Origin: Candidatus Limnocylindria bacterium
GTDB lineage: Bacteria; Chloroflexota; Limnocylindria; QHBO01
Length of the DNA stretch: 64,000 nt
Reading direction: 5' to 3'
Assembly (NCBI GenBank): GCA_036380955.1
Contig: DASVDT010000011.1
Location: forward strand, 1,985-65,984
Shown here: positions 23,191 to 31,046 of the stretch, piece after piece
Numbering within the stretch: the stretch's first letter is position 1
Layout: each line of letters starts with the position of its first letter
The notes under the pieces: model-generated
Seen by the model: only the letters and a program-made list of their open reading frames with translations
Told to the model about the DNA's origin: nothing
The model's database searches: none
Made by a program: the position numbers and the translations under genes

Positions 23191-24660
23191 ATGACGAAGA
23201 TCAAGTTCGGAACCGATGGCTGGCGCGCCGCGATCGCCGAGGACTACACCTTCCACAACGTCCGTCGCTGCGCGCGCGGCGTGGCCGAGCACCTTCAGCA
23301 GACCGGCGCCGCCGACCGCGGCGTCGTCGTCTGCCACGACCGTCGTTTCGCCTCAGAGCACTTCGCGCGTGCCTGCGTCGAGGTGCTCGCCGCGCACGGC
23401 ATTCGCAGCTACACACCGCCCGAGGCGGTCCCGACGCAGGTCGGCAGCTTCTTCACCCGTGAGCTGGGCGCGGGTGCCGGGATCGTCATCACCGCCAGTC
23501 ACAACCCGTGGACCGACAACGGATTCAAGGTCAAGGCCGATACCGGCGGCGCCGCCGCGCCCGAGATGCTGGCCGCCATCGAGGCGACCATGAACACCCA
23601 TCCGGAGGACGAGCTGCCGCCGCGGCGCGACTATGACGACGCCGCGGCCAACGGCCTGGTGGAGACGTTCGATCCGTACCCACGATTCCGGGACCAGCTG
23701 GCCAGCATCGTCGACATCGAGCGCATCCGCGCCGCCGAGAAGCGCGTGCTGGTCGAGACGCTGTTCGGCTCAGGATCGGGCTGGTACACGCGTCTGCTGG
23801 GCGATGGCCGACTGACCGTCCGCGAGCTGCACACCGAGCGCAACCCGTACTTCGGCGGCGTCAACCCCGAGCCGATCCGCCCCAACGTCGACGAGTGGCT
23901 GGAGGAGATCCCGCGCTGGGGCGCCGACATCGGCATCGCGTTCGACGGGGACGCCGATCGGGTCGGGATGGCCACCGAACAGGGCGTTTTCGTCAACCAG
24001 CTCCAGGTGTACGGGCTGCTGTACTGGTACCTGCTCGACGTCCGCGGGCAGATCGGCCCGGCGGTCTACACCGTCACGACGACCTCGATGGCAAAGAAGC
24101 TTGCCGAGATCTACGGCACGCAGGCGTACGAGACGGGCGTCGGCTTCAAGTTCGTCGGGCCGAAGATGACGGAGACGAATGCCGTCATCGGCGGCGAGGA
24201 GTCGGGTGGCTTCGGGTTCGGGATGCACATCCCGGAGCGCGACGGGCTCGCGTCGGGGCTGTTCCTGCTCGACCTGTGGCTGACCAAGGGCAAGCAGGCG
24301 TCCGAGGTCCTGGCCGAGCTCCAGGCGCTGGCCGGCCCCTCCTACTACAACCGCATCGACATCCGTTTCGCGCGCGAGGGCTACGAGCAGGTCAAGGCCG
24401 ATACGCTGGCGCGGCTGGAGAACGAGGCGCCGACGACCCTGTCAGGACAGGAGGTCATCGAGCGCAAGGCGCTCGACACGAACGACGGCTTCAAGTTCTA
24501 CCGCGCCGATGGCTCATGGCTGCTCATCCGCTTCAGCGGGACGGAGGCGCTGCTGCGCGTCTACGTCGAGGCACGCTCGCCCGGGGACGTCGAGGCGCTG
24601 CTGGCGGAGGGCCGGCGGATTGCCGGCGCCGAGCGGCCGAGGGCCGCGGCCGCGACCTGA
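23191..24660 (+). CDS. Phosphomannomutase/phosphoglucomutase (alpha-D-phosphohexomutase)
   Basis: Catalytic loop TASHNPWTDNGFK, metal loop FDGDADR and sugar loop GGEESGG. Confidence 0.9.
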   Translation: MTKIKFGTDGWRAAIAEDYTFHNVRRCARGVAEHLQQTGAADRGVVVCHDRRFASEHFARACVEVLAAHGIRSYTPPEAVPTQVGSFFTRELGAGAGIVITASHNPWTDNGFKVKADTGGAAAPEMLAAIEATMNTHPEDELPPRRDYDDAAANGLVETFDPYPRFRDQLASIVDIERIRAAEKRVLVETLFGSGSGWYTRLLGDGRLTVRELHTERNPYFGGVNPEPIRPNVDEWLEEIPRWGADIGIAFDGDADRVGMATEQGVFVNQLQVYGLLYWYLLDVRGQIGPAVYTVTTTSMAKKLAEIYGTQAYETGVGFKFVGPKMTETNAVIGGEESGGFGFGMHIPERDGLASGLFLLDLWLTKGKQASEVLAELQALAGPSYYNRIDIRFAREGYEQVKADTLARLENEAPTTLSGQEVIERKALDTNDGFKFYRADGSWLLIRFSGTEALLRVYVEARSPGDVEALLAEGRRIAGAERPRAAAAT

Positions 24661-25847
24661 TGGACGCACGCGACTTCTTCGGCTACAAGAATCCCGACGA
24701 GGAGCCGGGCCGGCCGGATCCCGAGGACGACGCGAACGGCACGAGCCCGCCGCTGTTCGAGGAGGCGGTCACCCTCGACGACCCCGCAACGCTGCGCCGG
24801 ATCGATCCGGAGGACATGCTCGCGAAGGTCGCGGCCATGCCGGGCCAGCTGTCGCAGGCCCGCCGGGTGGCGTCGGCCACGCAGCTTCCCGCCACCTTCG
24901 GCGACGTCGACGCCGTGATCGTGCTGGCGATGGGGGGCTCCGCCATCGGCGCCGAGCTGGTCGCCGCCGCGGCGGGGGAGCGCCTGCGCGTGCCGCTTAT
25001 CGTGCACCGCGACTACGGCCTGCCGGCGGGCGCCGGCCCGCGGACGCTGATCGTGGCCAGCAGCCACTCGGGCGAGACGGCTGAGACGCTGTCGGGCTTC
25101 GCCGCCGCCCGCGAAGCGAAGCTGCCGCTGGCCGTGATCACCACCGGCGGCCGCCTCGCCGCGCAGGCTCGCGAGGCAGGGCTCCCGCTGCTCGAGTACC
25201 GGCTCGGCGGCCAGCCGCGCGCGGCCATCGGCTTCGGCGTCGGGCTCGTCCACGAGCTGTTGTCGTCCGCCGGCCTGATCGCCGATGCCGACCCGATCGG
25301 CCCGGTCGTCCAGGCGCTCGAGGAGATGATGGAGCGCTTCGCGCCATCGGTGGAGACCGAGGGCAATCCGGCGAAGCAGTTGGCCTGGGCGATCTTCGGC
25401 CGCATCCCGGTCGTCTACGGCCACGGTCCGATGGCGGCGGTCGCCCATCGCTGGAAGACCCAGCTCAACGAGAACGCCAAGGCCTGGTCGGCGTGGGAGC
25501 CGATGCCCGAGGCGAATCACAACGCCATCGAGGGCAGCCTCAACCCGCGCGAGCTGAGCGACGCGCTGTACGTGGTCCAGCTGCGCGACCCCGATGAGCC
25601 GGAGGAGCTCGCTGCGCGCTACCGCGTCGTCGAGGAGCTGCTCGGCGAGCGTGCGACGAACCGATCCGAGGTCTGGGCCGAGGGCCCCTCGCGGCTGGCG
25701 CGGGTCCTCACCACGGTCGCCTACGGCGACCTGGTGAGCGTGTATCTCGCGATCCTCTACCAGACCGACCCGACGCCGGTTACACTGCTCGCAATGCTCA
25801 AGGAGCGGCTCGCCAGGGCCACCGGCAGCGACCCGGATACCGGGTGA
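24660..25847 (+). CDS. Bifunctional phosphoglucose/phosphomannose isomerase (SIS family)
   Basis: SIS motif ASSHSGETAETL and a C-terminal bacterial PGI/PMI-like region. The ATG shares one base with the upstream TGA. Confidence 0.75.
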   Translation: MDARDFFGYKNPDEEPGRPDPEDDANGTSPPLFEEAVTLDDPATLRRIDPEDMLAKVAAMPGQLSQARRVASATQLPATFGDVDAVIVLAMGGSAIGAELVAAAAGERLRVPLIVHRDYGLPAGAGPRTLIVASSHSGETAETLSGFAAAREAKLPLAVITTGGRLAAQAREAGLPLLEYRLGGQPRAAIGFGVGLVHELLSSAGLIADADPIGPVVQALEEMMERFAPSVETEGNPAKQLAWAIFGRIPVVYGHGPMAAVAHRWKTQLNENAKAWSAWEPMPEANHNAIEGSLNPRELSDALYVVQLRDPDEPEELAARYRVVEELLGERATNRSEVWAEGPSRLARVLTTVAYGDLVSVYLAILYQTDPTPVTLLAMLKERLARATGSDPDTG

Positions 25848-25902
25848 GGGCGGGCGCCACGTAGTAGGGCGCCGGGGACGGCGCCATGGAGGTATTCGCG
25901 AC

Positions 25903-26196
25903 GTGCAATCGAGCATGATCGGCAAGGTCGAGAAGGCGATGCGCTACGCACACGAGCCCGACCGCGTGAAGCTCCAGTCCTTCCGGGCCAGCTTCGCCGG
26001 CGACAACGGCACGCACACCGTATCTCTCGACGCCGATGCGTGGCATTGTGACTGCCACCTGTTCGAATCGGCCGGCGGCTGCACCCATACCCTCGCCGTG
26101 CAGAAGATGCTCGACCCGATGCTCACGGACGCGAGTCGCGAGACTCCGCTCTACCACCACGTCGAGAGCCCCGAGGAGGAGCCCGTCCCGGCGTAG
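25903..26196 (+). CDS. Small SWIM zinc-finger protein
   Basis: WHCDCHLFESAGGCTH fits the SWIM pattern CxCx(n)CxH. GGAGGT lies 9 nt upstream of GTG 25903. Confidence 0.7.
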   Translation: MQSSMIGKVEKAMRYAHEPDRVKLQSFRASFAGDNGTHTVSLDADAWHCDCHLFESAGGCTHTLAVQKMLDPMLTDASRETPLYHHVESPEEEPVPA

Positions 26197-26265
26197 GTCC
26201 GCCACCGCTGCAGGAGCCCGCCGGCCGCAGGTCGTCGGGTCGCGGCCAGGTGGGCGCCGGCCCGT

Positions 26266-27714
26266 ATGACGTACCGCCTGCTGGCCGTACTCGGCTCGAT
26301 TGCCTTCGCCATCCGCCAGCTCTTCGCGTCGCTCCTGAGCTTCGTCGGACTGCGCGAGCTGGCGCGCTTCGGTGTGCCGCTCGTCGTCGTCGCGCTCGCC
26401 GCGGCGACGCTCATCTCGGCGCGCGACACGGCAGCGATCCTGGCCGAGCGGCCGGATGTCCAGCACACCACCCTGGCGGACGTCGCCGCCCTCGAGGATC
26501 CGACCGGCAGCATCTGGTTCGAGTTCGACGCGGTCATGGCCGAGTCGAGCCTGTCGACGCCCGCCGCCTTCTTCTACCTCGCGCGGGACCCGGAGGACCA
26601 GTCCACCGGCCTCCTGGTACGCAGCTCGCTTGGCGATGCGTTCATCCGCCAGCGCGTCATCACCGCGGAGCTGGTCGCGGATCCCGATGTCGTGGCCATC
26701 GCCGTCGACGCGCTTGGCTCGGTGCCGCCCGGCTTCGACCTGGCCGAGGGCCGCTTCCTGGACGAGGTGGACTTCGGCGGCGAGCCCGACGAGGCGTTCA
26801 TCCCGTCCCAGCTGGCGGATGAACCCGACGGCTCGCAGCCGCTGGTGACCGGACGCGTGGTGACACCGGCGACGTATGCGGCCTGCGCCATGGAGGCCGG
26901 ATGCGACGGGGACGACGCGGCCTGGTTCTACTACCTCGCCGATCCGGAGGGCGGCGATGCGATCATCCTCCGCTCGCCGCATCCGCCGGACGCACAGCCC
27001 GTGCGGCTCCAGGGCCTCTACACGCGTGACACGTTCGACCTTGCCCCGGTGCTCGACAGCGATTGGTATGCCGGCCTCGACGCGGACGTCCCGACGGACC
27101 GCGCCTTCGCCGCCGGCTCTCGACCGCCGATCATGGTCGAGGCATCGTGGGTGCCGACGATCGTCTTCGGTGTGCTCACGCTGCTCCTGCTCGCCAGCCA
27201 ACTGATCGGATACCCGGTCTTCGGCGGACGCGCCGCGGTCAGCCCGGGGCGGTCATTGCAGCCCGGCGAGGGAGTCGACCTCGTCATCACCGGTCGCCTG
27301 GCCCGGCCGGCCCGGCCGCTGGTCCTCGACGGCAGCCCGGGCGCGATCGAGCGGCTCTCGATCCCCGACCTGGCGCTGCGCATGTGGCGGTACGGGCTCC
27401 TGCCGCGCGACCTGTCGCGGCGCGAGGCGGAGGAGCGCTTCATGGCGGAGGCGCGCGGCGATTCCGATCGGCTCGTCCTCCACGAGCGCGACCAGTCGGC
27501 CCTGGTCTCGATCGCGCACGCGGCCGACGACGTGCGGGTCGACATCGGCCGCCTGTACCGCGTCGCCGCCAGCGCGCCCGCGGTGCACCTGCGCCAGGGC
27601 GGCACCGATGCGTACCTGTCGTTCGCGTCGGCCGAGCTCCGCGACCGCGTCGCGGCCGAGATCCGTGGCGAGGCGAGCATGTCGCCCAGCCCGCCGCCCG
27701 AGGTCCGCGCCTGA
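26266..27714 (+). CDS. Hypothetical membrane protein (three predicted TM helices, large extracytoplasmic loop)
   Basis: Long ORF with coding-like GC3. Hydrophobic helices at the N-terminus and around WVPTIVFGVLTLLLLASQLIGYPVF. No recognisable domain. Confidence 0.6.
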   Translation: MTYRLLAVLGSIAFAIRQLFASLLSFVGLRELARFGVPLVVVALAAATLISARDTAAILAERPDVQHTTLADVAALEDPTGSIWFEFDAVMAESSLSTPAAFFYLARDPEDQSTGLLVRSSLGDAFIRQRVITAELVADPDVVAIAVDALGSVPPGFDLAEGRFLDEVDFGGEPDEAFIPSQLADEPDGSQPLVTGRVVTPATYAACAMEAGCDGDDAAWFYYLADPEGGDAIILRSPHPPDAQPVRLQGLYTRDTFDLAPVLDSDWYAGLDADVPTDRAFAAGSRPPIMVEASWVPTIVFGVLTLLLLASQLIGYPVFGGRAAVSPGRSLQPGEGVDLVITGRLARPARPLVLDGSPGAIERLSIPDLALRMWRYGLLPRDLSRREAEERFMAEARGDSDRLVLHERDQSALVSIAHAADDVRVDIGRLYRVAASAPAVHLRQGGTDAYLSFASAELRDRVAAEIRGEASMSPSPPPEVRA

Positions 27715-27749
27715 CGGGGCCGAGTGCTACGATCGCGCCGTCAACCGAA

Positions 27750-27900
27750 GACGAAGCGACAGGTGCCGTCCCCGAAAGGCGGACGGATAAATGGCGAAGC
27801 CGGTGAGATGCCGGCGCAGTCCCGCTACTGTATCCGCGCTCCATCCATGGGGCCGGGAGCCAGGTCGACCAGCCCGATCGCGATGTCACCACCCTCGTGT
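27750..27900 (+). promoter_or_regulatory. Cobalamin (B12) riboswitch
   Basis: Conserved core GGTGAGATGCCGGCGCAGTCCCGCTACTGTA and B12-box-like GAGCCAGGTCGACCAGCC. It lies immediately upstream of a BtuF-like binding-protein gene. Boundaries are approximate. Confidence 0.8.
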
Positions 27901-27920
27901 GAAAGGGAACGGCATCAGCC

Positions 27921-28907
27921 ATGGCTCATCGCGCACCCCTCCTCCTCTCGGCCCTCCTGACCCTGCTTCTGGTTGCCTGCAGCGCACCGGCGGCCACGCC
28001 GGCCCCGGCGTCAACGCAACCGGCGACGACGACGCCGCCCGCCAGCGCCGCGCCGTCCGCCTACCCGGTCACGGTGACCGATGACGCGGGCACCGAGCTC
28101 ACCCTCGACGCGGCACCGGAGCGCATCGTCAGCCTCGCGCCGTCCAGCACGGAGATCGTCTGCGCCCTCGAGGCGTGCGACCGGCTGGTCGGCGTGACCG
28201 ACTTCGACGACTATCCGGCAGAGGTCGCCGACATCGACGACGTGGTCATCAACGCCCAGGTCGATGTCGAGCGGGTGGTCGCCGCCGAGCCCGATCTCGT
28301 CATCGCCGCCGGCAACGAGATCACGCCATCGGCCGTGATCGCGCAGCTGGTCGAGCTCGACCTGCCCGTGCTCGTGCTGTACCCCGAGAGCCTGGACGAG
28401 GTGTACGACGACATCCGCCTGGTCGGCACGCTGCTCGACGCGCAGGACGGTGCAGACGAGCTGATTGCCGGCATGGAGGATCGTGTCGACGCCGTCGTCG
28501 AGGCGGTCGCCGATGCCGATCGACCGCGCACGCTGTACGAGGTCTTCTACGCCGAGGGCAGCACCTACACGGCCGGCGAGGGCTCCTTCCTCGCGTCGCT
28601 CATCGACCTTGCCGGCGGCGAGCCGGTCACCGGTGACGCCCAGGGGCTCATCGGCTCCGAGGACCTGGTCGCCTCTGACCCGCAGCTCATCCTGCTCGGG
28701 ACGGCGTCGTACGACCCGACCCTGGCCGATGCCGAAGCTGCACAGACGGCGGTCGCCGCTCGTCCGGGCTGGGCCGACCTGTCGGCCGTGGCGGACGGAC
28801 GGGTCGTGCCGTACACGGATGACATCGTCACCACCCGCCCGGGGCCGCGCATCGTCGACGGCCTGGAGGCGCTGGCACGCGCGATCCATCCGGATCGGTT
28901 CGACTGA
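27921..28907 (+). CDS. ABC transporter substrate-binding lipoprotein, BtuF/siderophore class
   Basis: Lipobox LLLVACS. IVSLAPSSTEIVCALEACDRLVGVTDFDDYP is typical of cluster-A (BtuF-like) binding proteins. Riboswitch context supports the call. Confidence 0.85.
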   Translation: MAHRAPLLLSALLTLLLVACSAPAATPAPASTQPATTTPPASAAPSAYPVTVTDDAGTELTLDAAPERIVSLAPSSTEIVCALEACDRLVGVTDFDDYPAEVADIDDVVINAQVDVERVVAAEPDLVIAAGNEITPSAVIAQLVELDLPVLVLYPESLDEVYDDIRLVGTLLDAQDGADELIAGMEDRVDAVVEAVADADRPRTLYEVFYAEGSTYTAGEGSFLASLIDLAGGEPVTGDAQGLIGSEDLVASDPQLILLGTASYDPTLADAEAAQTAVAARPGWADLSAVADGRVVPYTDDIVTTRPGPRIVDGLEALARAIHPDRFD

Positions 28908-28910
28908 CCG

Positions 28911-29984
28911 ATGCGCGCCGCAGCCGCCGCTCCACCCATTGCGCTCGGGCCGAGCCTGGGCCGGTCGTCGCTGGTGATCGGCACCGGCGTGGTGCTCCTC
29001 CTCGTCATCGGCGCGGTCGGCGTCACCCTCGGCACGAGTGGCGTTGCGCTCGGCGACGCGGTCGCGATCGTCCTGCATCGGCTGCTCGGGATCGGCCCGA
29101 TGAGCTGGCCGGCTTCGTCGGAGACGATCGTGTGGGACCTGCGCCTGCCCCGAGTCCTGGCGGGCATGCTGGTCGGCGCCGGGCTCGGCTGTGCCGGCAC
29201 GGTGTTCCAGGCGCTGCTGCGGAACCCGATGGCCGATCCGTACATCATCGGCACCGCGGCCGGCGCGTCCCTCGGCGCGGTCGCCGCGCTCCTCGTGCCG
29301 GCCCTGCTGCCCTTCGCCGTGGGCGGCTGGATGGGTCTCGGCCTGGTCCAGATCCTCGCCTTCGCCGGCGGCTTGGGCACGGTGCTGGTCGTGTACGCCG
29401 TCGCGCGCGGCCAGGGCGGCACGCCGGTGGTGACGCTGCTCCTGGCCGGCTACGCGGTCTCGTCGCTCCTCGCCGCGGGCGTCGCGATGCTCATGTTCGT
29501 CTCCGGCGATCGGCTCGCGGCCGTCGTCAGCTGGCTACTCGGCTCGCTGGGTGGCGCCAGCTGGCCGCGGCTCGCCTTTGCCGGGCCGCTGATCGTGGTC
29601 AGCTTCGCCCTGATGGTCGTCCGCTGGCGCGGCCTGAACGCGCTCCTGCTCGGCGAGCAGCAGGCCGCCTTCCTCGGCCTCGAGGTCGAGCGCGAGAAGC
29701 GCATCCTGACTGGCCTCGCGGCGCTTGCCACCTCGGCCGGCGTGGCGGTGTCGGGCACCATCGGCTTCGTCGGCCTGGTCGTGCCGCACCTGCTGCGCCT
29801 TGCCTTCGGGCCGGACCATCGGCTCCTGCTGCCGGCCAGCATGGTGTACGGCGCGGTCCTGCTCGTCCTGGCCGACCTGGGAGCCAGGCTGCTGGGCGGC
29901 ATCCCGGTCGGCGTGCTGACGGCGCTCATCGGCGCGCCCTTCTTCCTGTGGCTCCTCCGCCGCTCGCTGGTGCTGCGTGGCTGA
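28911..29984 (+). CDS. FecCD-family ABC permease (BtuC-like)
   Basis: About 9-10 TM helices and FecCD-type motifs (RLPRVLAGMLVGAGLG ... NPMADPYIIG ... GTIGFVGLVVPHLLR). Confidence 0.9.
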   Translation: MRAAAAAPPIALGPSLGRSSLVIGTGVVLLLVIGAVGVTLGTSGVALGDAVAIVLHRLLGIGPMSWPASSETIVWDLRLPRVLAGMLVGAGLGCAGTVFQALLRNPMADPYIIGTAAGASLGAVAALLVPALLPFAVGGWMGLGLVQILAFAGGLGTVLVVYAVARGQGGTPVVTLLLAGYAVSSLLAAGVAMLMFVSGDRLAAVVSWLLGSLGGASWPRLAFAGPLIVVSFALMVVRWRGLNALLLGEQQAAFLGLEVEREKRILTGLAALATSAGVAVSGTIGFVGLVVPHLLRLAFGPDHRLLLPASMVYGAVLLVLADLGARLLGGIPVGVLTALIGAPFFLWLLRRSLVLRG

Positions 29985-30813
29985 TCCAGCGGTCGAGCTG
30001 ATCGGCGTGTCGGCCGGTTACCCGGCGGTCGGCGGCAGGCGTCGCGTGCTGGACGGCGCCAGCCTGCGAGTCGACGCAGGCGAGATGGTCGCGCTGCTCG
30101 GTGCCAACGGCAGTGGCAAGACGACGCTGCTGCGCATCGTGGCCGGGACGCTCCGCGCGACCGCGGGCGAGGTGCGGCTTCTCGGGCGGCCGATCCGCGA
30201 GTGGTCGCGTCCCGAGATCGCCCGCCGCGTCGCGGTCCTGCCCCAGACGACGGACGTTCCCGCAGGCATGCGGGTGGCCGAGCTCGTCGCGCTGGGACGG
30301 ATCCCGCACGGGCGCAGCTGGTTCGGCGCCGACGCCGGCGATGCCGACGCGGTCGCGGCAGCGTTGCGCGACGCCGACGCGGCGGAGCTTGCCGATCGCC
30401 GCGCCGATGAGCTGTCAGGCGGTGAGCGCCAGCGCGTCCTGCTCGCCATGGCGCTGGCGCAGGAGCCGCGCGTGCTGCTGCTGGACGAGCCGACGCTGCA
30501 CCTCGACCTCGCCCACCAGGTCGCCCTGGTCCGGATGCTCGAGCGTCTGCGTGCGACGCGGCCACTGACGGTGATCGCGGTGCTCCACGACCTGAACCTG
30601 GCGGCGGCCTTCGCCGACCGCTCGCTGCTGCTTCACGATGGACGGGTCGTTGCCGCCGGAGGGGCGGGCCGTATCGACGCGGCCCTCGCCCAACGCACGT
30701 TCGGCGTCCCGCTCGCCGAGGCGACCGCCGACGATGGCAGTCGCGTGCTGGCCCTGGCGATCGGGAACCGCCGGGAGATGCCGCAAAAGAATGAACCAAA
30801 CGCCGACTGCTGA
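29977..30813 (+). CDS. ABC transporter ATP-binding protein (BtuD/FecE-like)
   Basis: Walker A GANGSGKTTLL, signature LSGGERQ and Walker B LLLDEP. Overlaps the permease gene end. Confidence 0.9.
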   Translation: MADPAVELIGVSAGYPAVGGRRRVLDGASLRVDAGEMVALLGANGSGKTTLLRIVAGTLRATAGEVRLLGRPIREWSRPEIARRVAVLPQTTDVPAGMRVAELVALGRIPHGRSWFGADAGDADAVAAALRDADAAELADRRADELSGGERQRVLLAMALAQEPRVLLLDEPTLHLDLAHQVALVRMLERLRATRPLTVIAVLHDLNLAAAFADRSLLLHDGRVVAAGGAGRIDAALAQRTFGVPLAEATADDGSRVLALAIGNRREMPQKNEPNADC

Positions 30814-30924
30814 GGTAAGTTGGTTAGAAAGGCGTAATGCGAGGAGGTGCGTCTGCCTCCACGTCGGCATGCGCCTGTCGCGCTACCGAGCCCGCGCATC
30901 TGCTAACGTTCCGCGACTCGAGAG

Positions 30925-31002
30925 ATGACGCGCAAGGAGGTGGACACCGCAGATATAATCAACGGCCGGTCGGGCCGGACGCATGTGTTTTGCGCGTCAT
31001 CG
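30925..31002. promoter_or_regulatory. 12-bp perfect inverted repeat (GATGACGCGCAA / TTGCGCGTCATC) bracketing a perfect TATAAT (30955-30960)
   Basis: Read directly from the sequence. The arms at 30925-30936 and 30991-31002 are exact reverse complements. Located in the 234-nt leader of the peptide ABC operon. Confidence 0.55.
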
Positions 31003-31046
31003 AGGGCCCGCACACCGTTCCCCATCCCCATCCACTGGAGGGAGCA

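Noticed and set aside
30814-31046. c-di-AMP (ydaO-type) riboswitch before the peptide ABC operon.
   Set aside because: The leader is long and structured, but I could not match the pseudo-symmetric conserved core of that class. It is reported instead as an unclassified inverted repeat with TATAAT.
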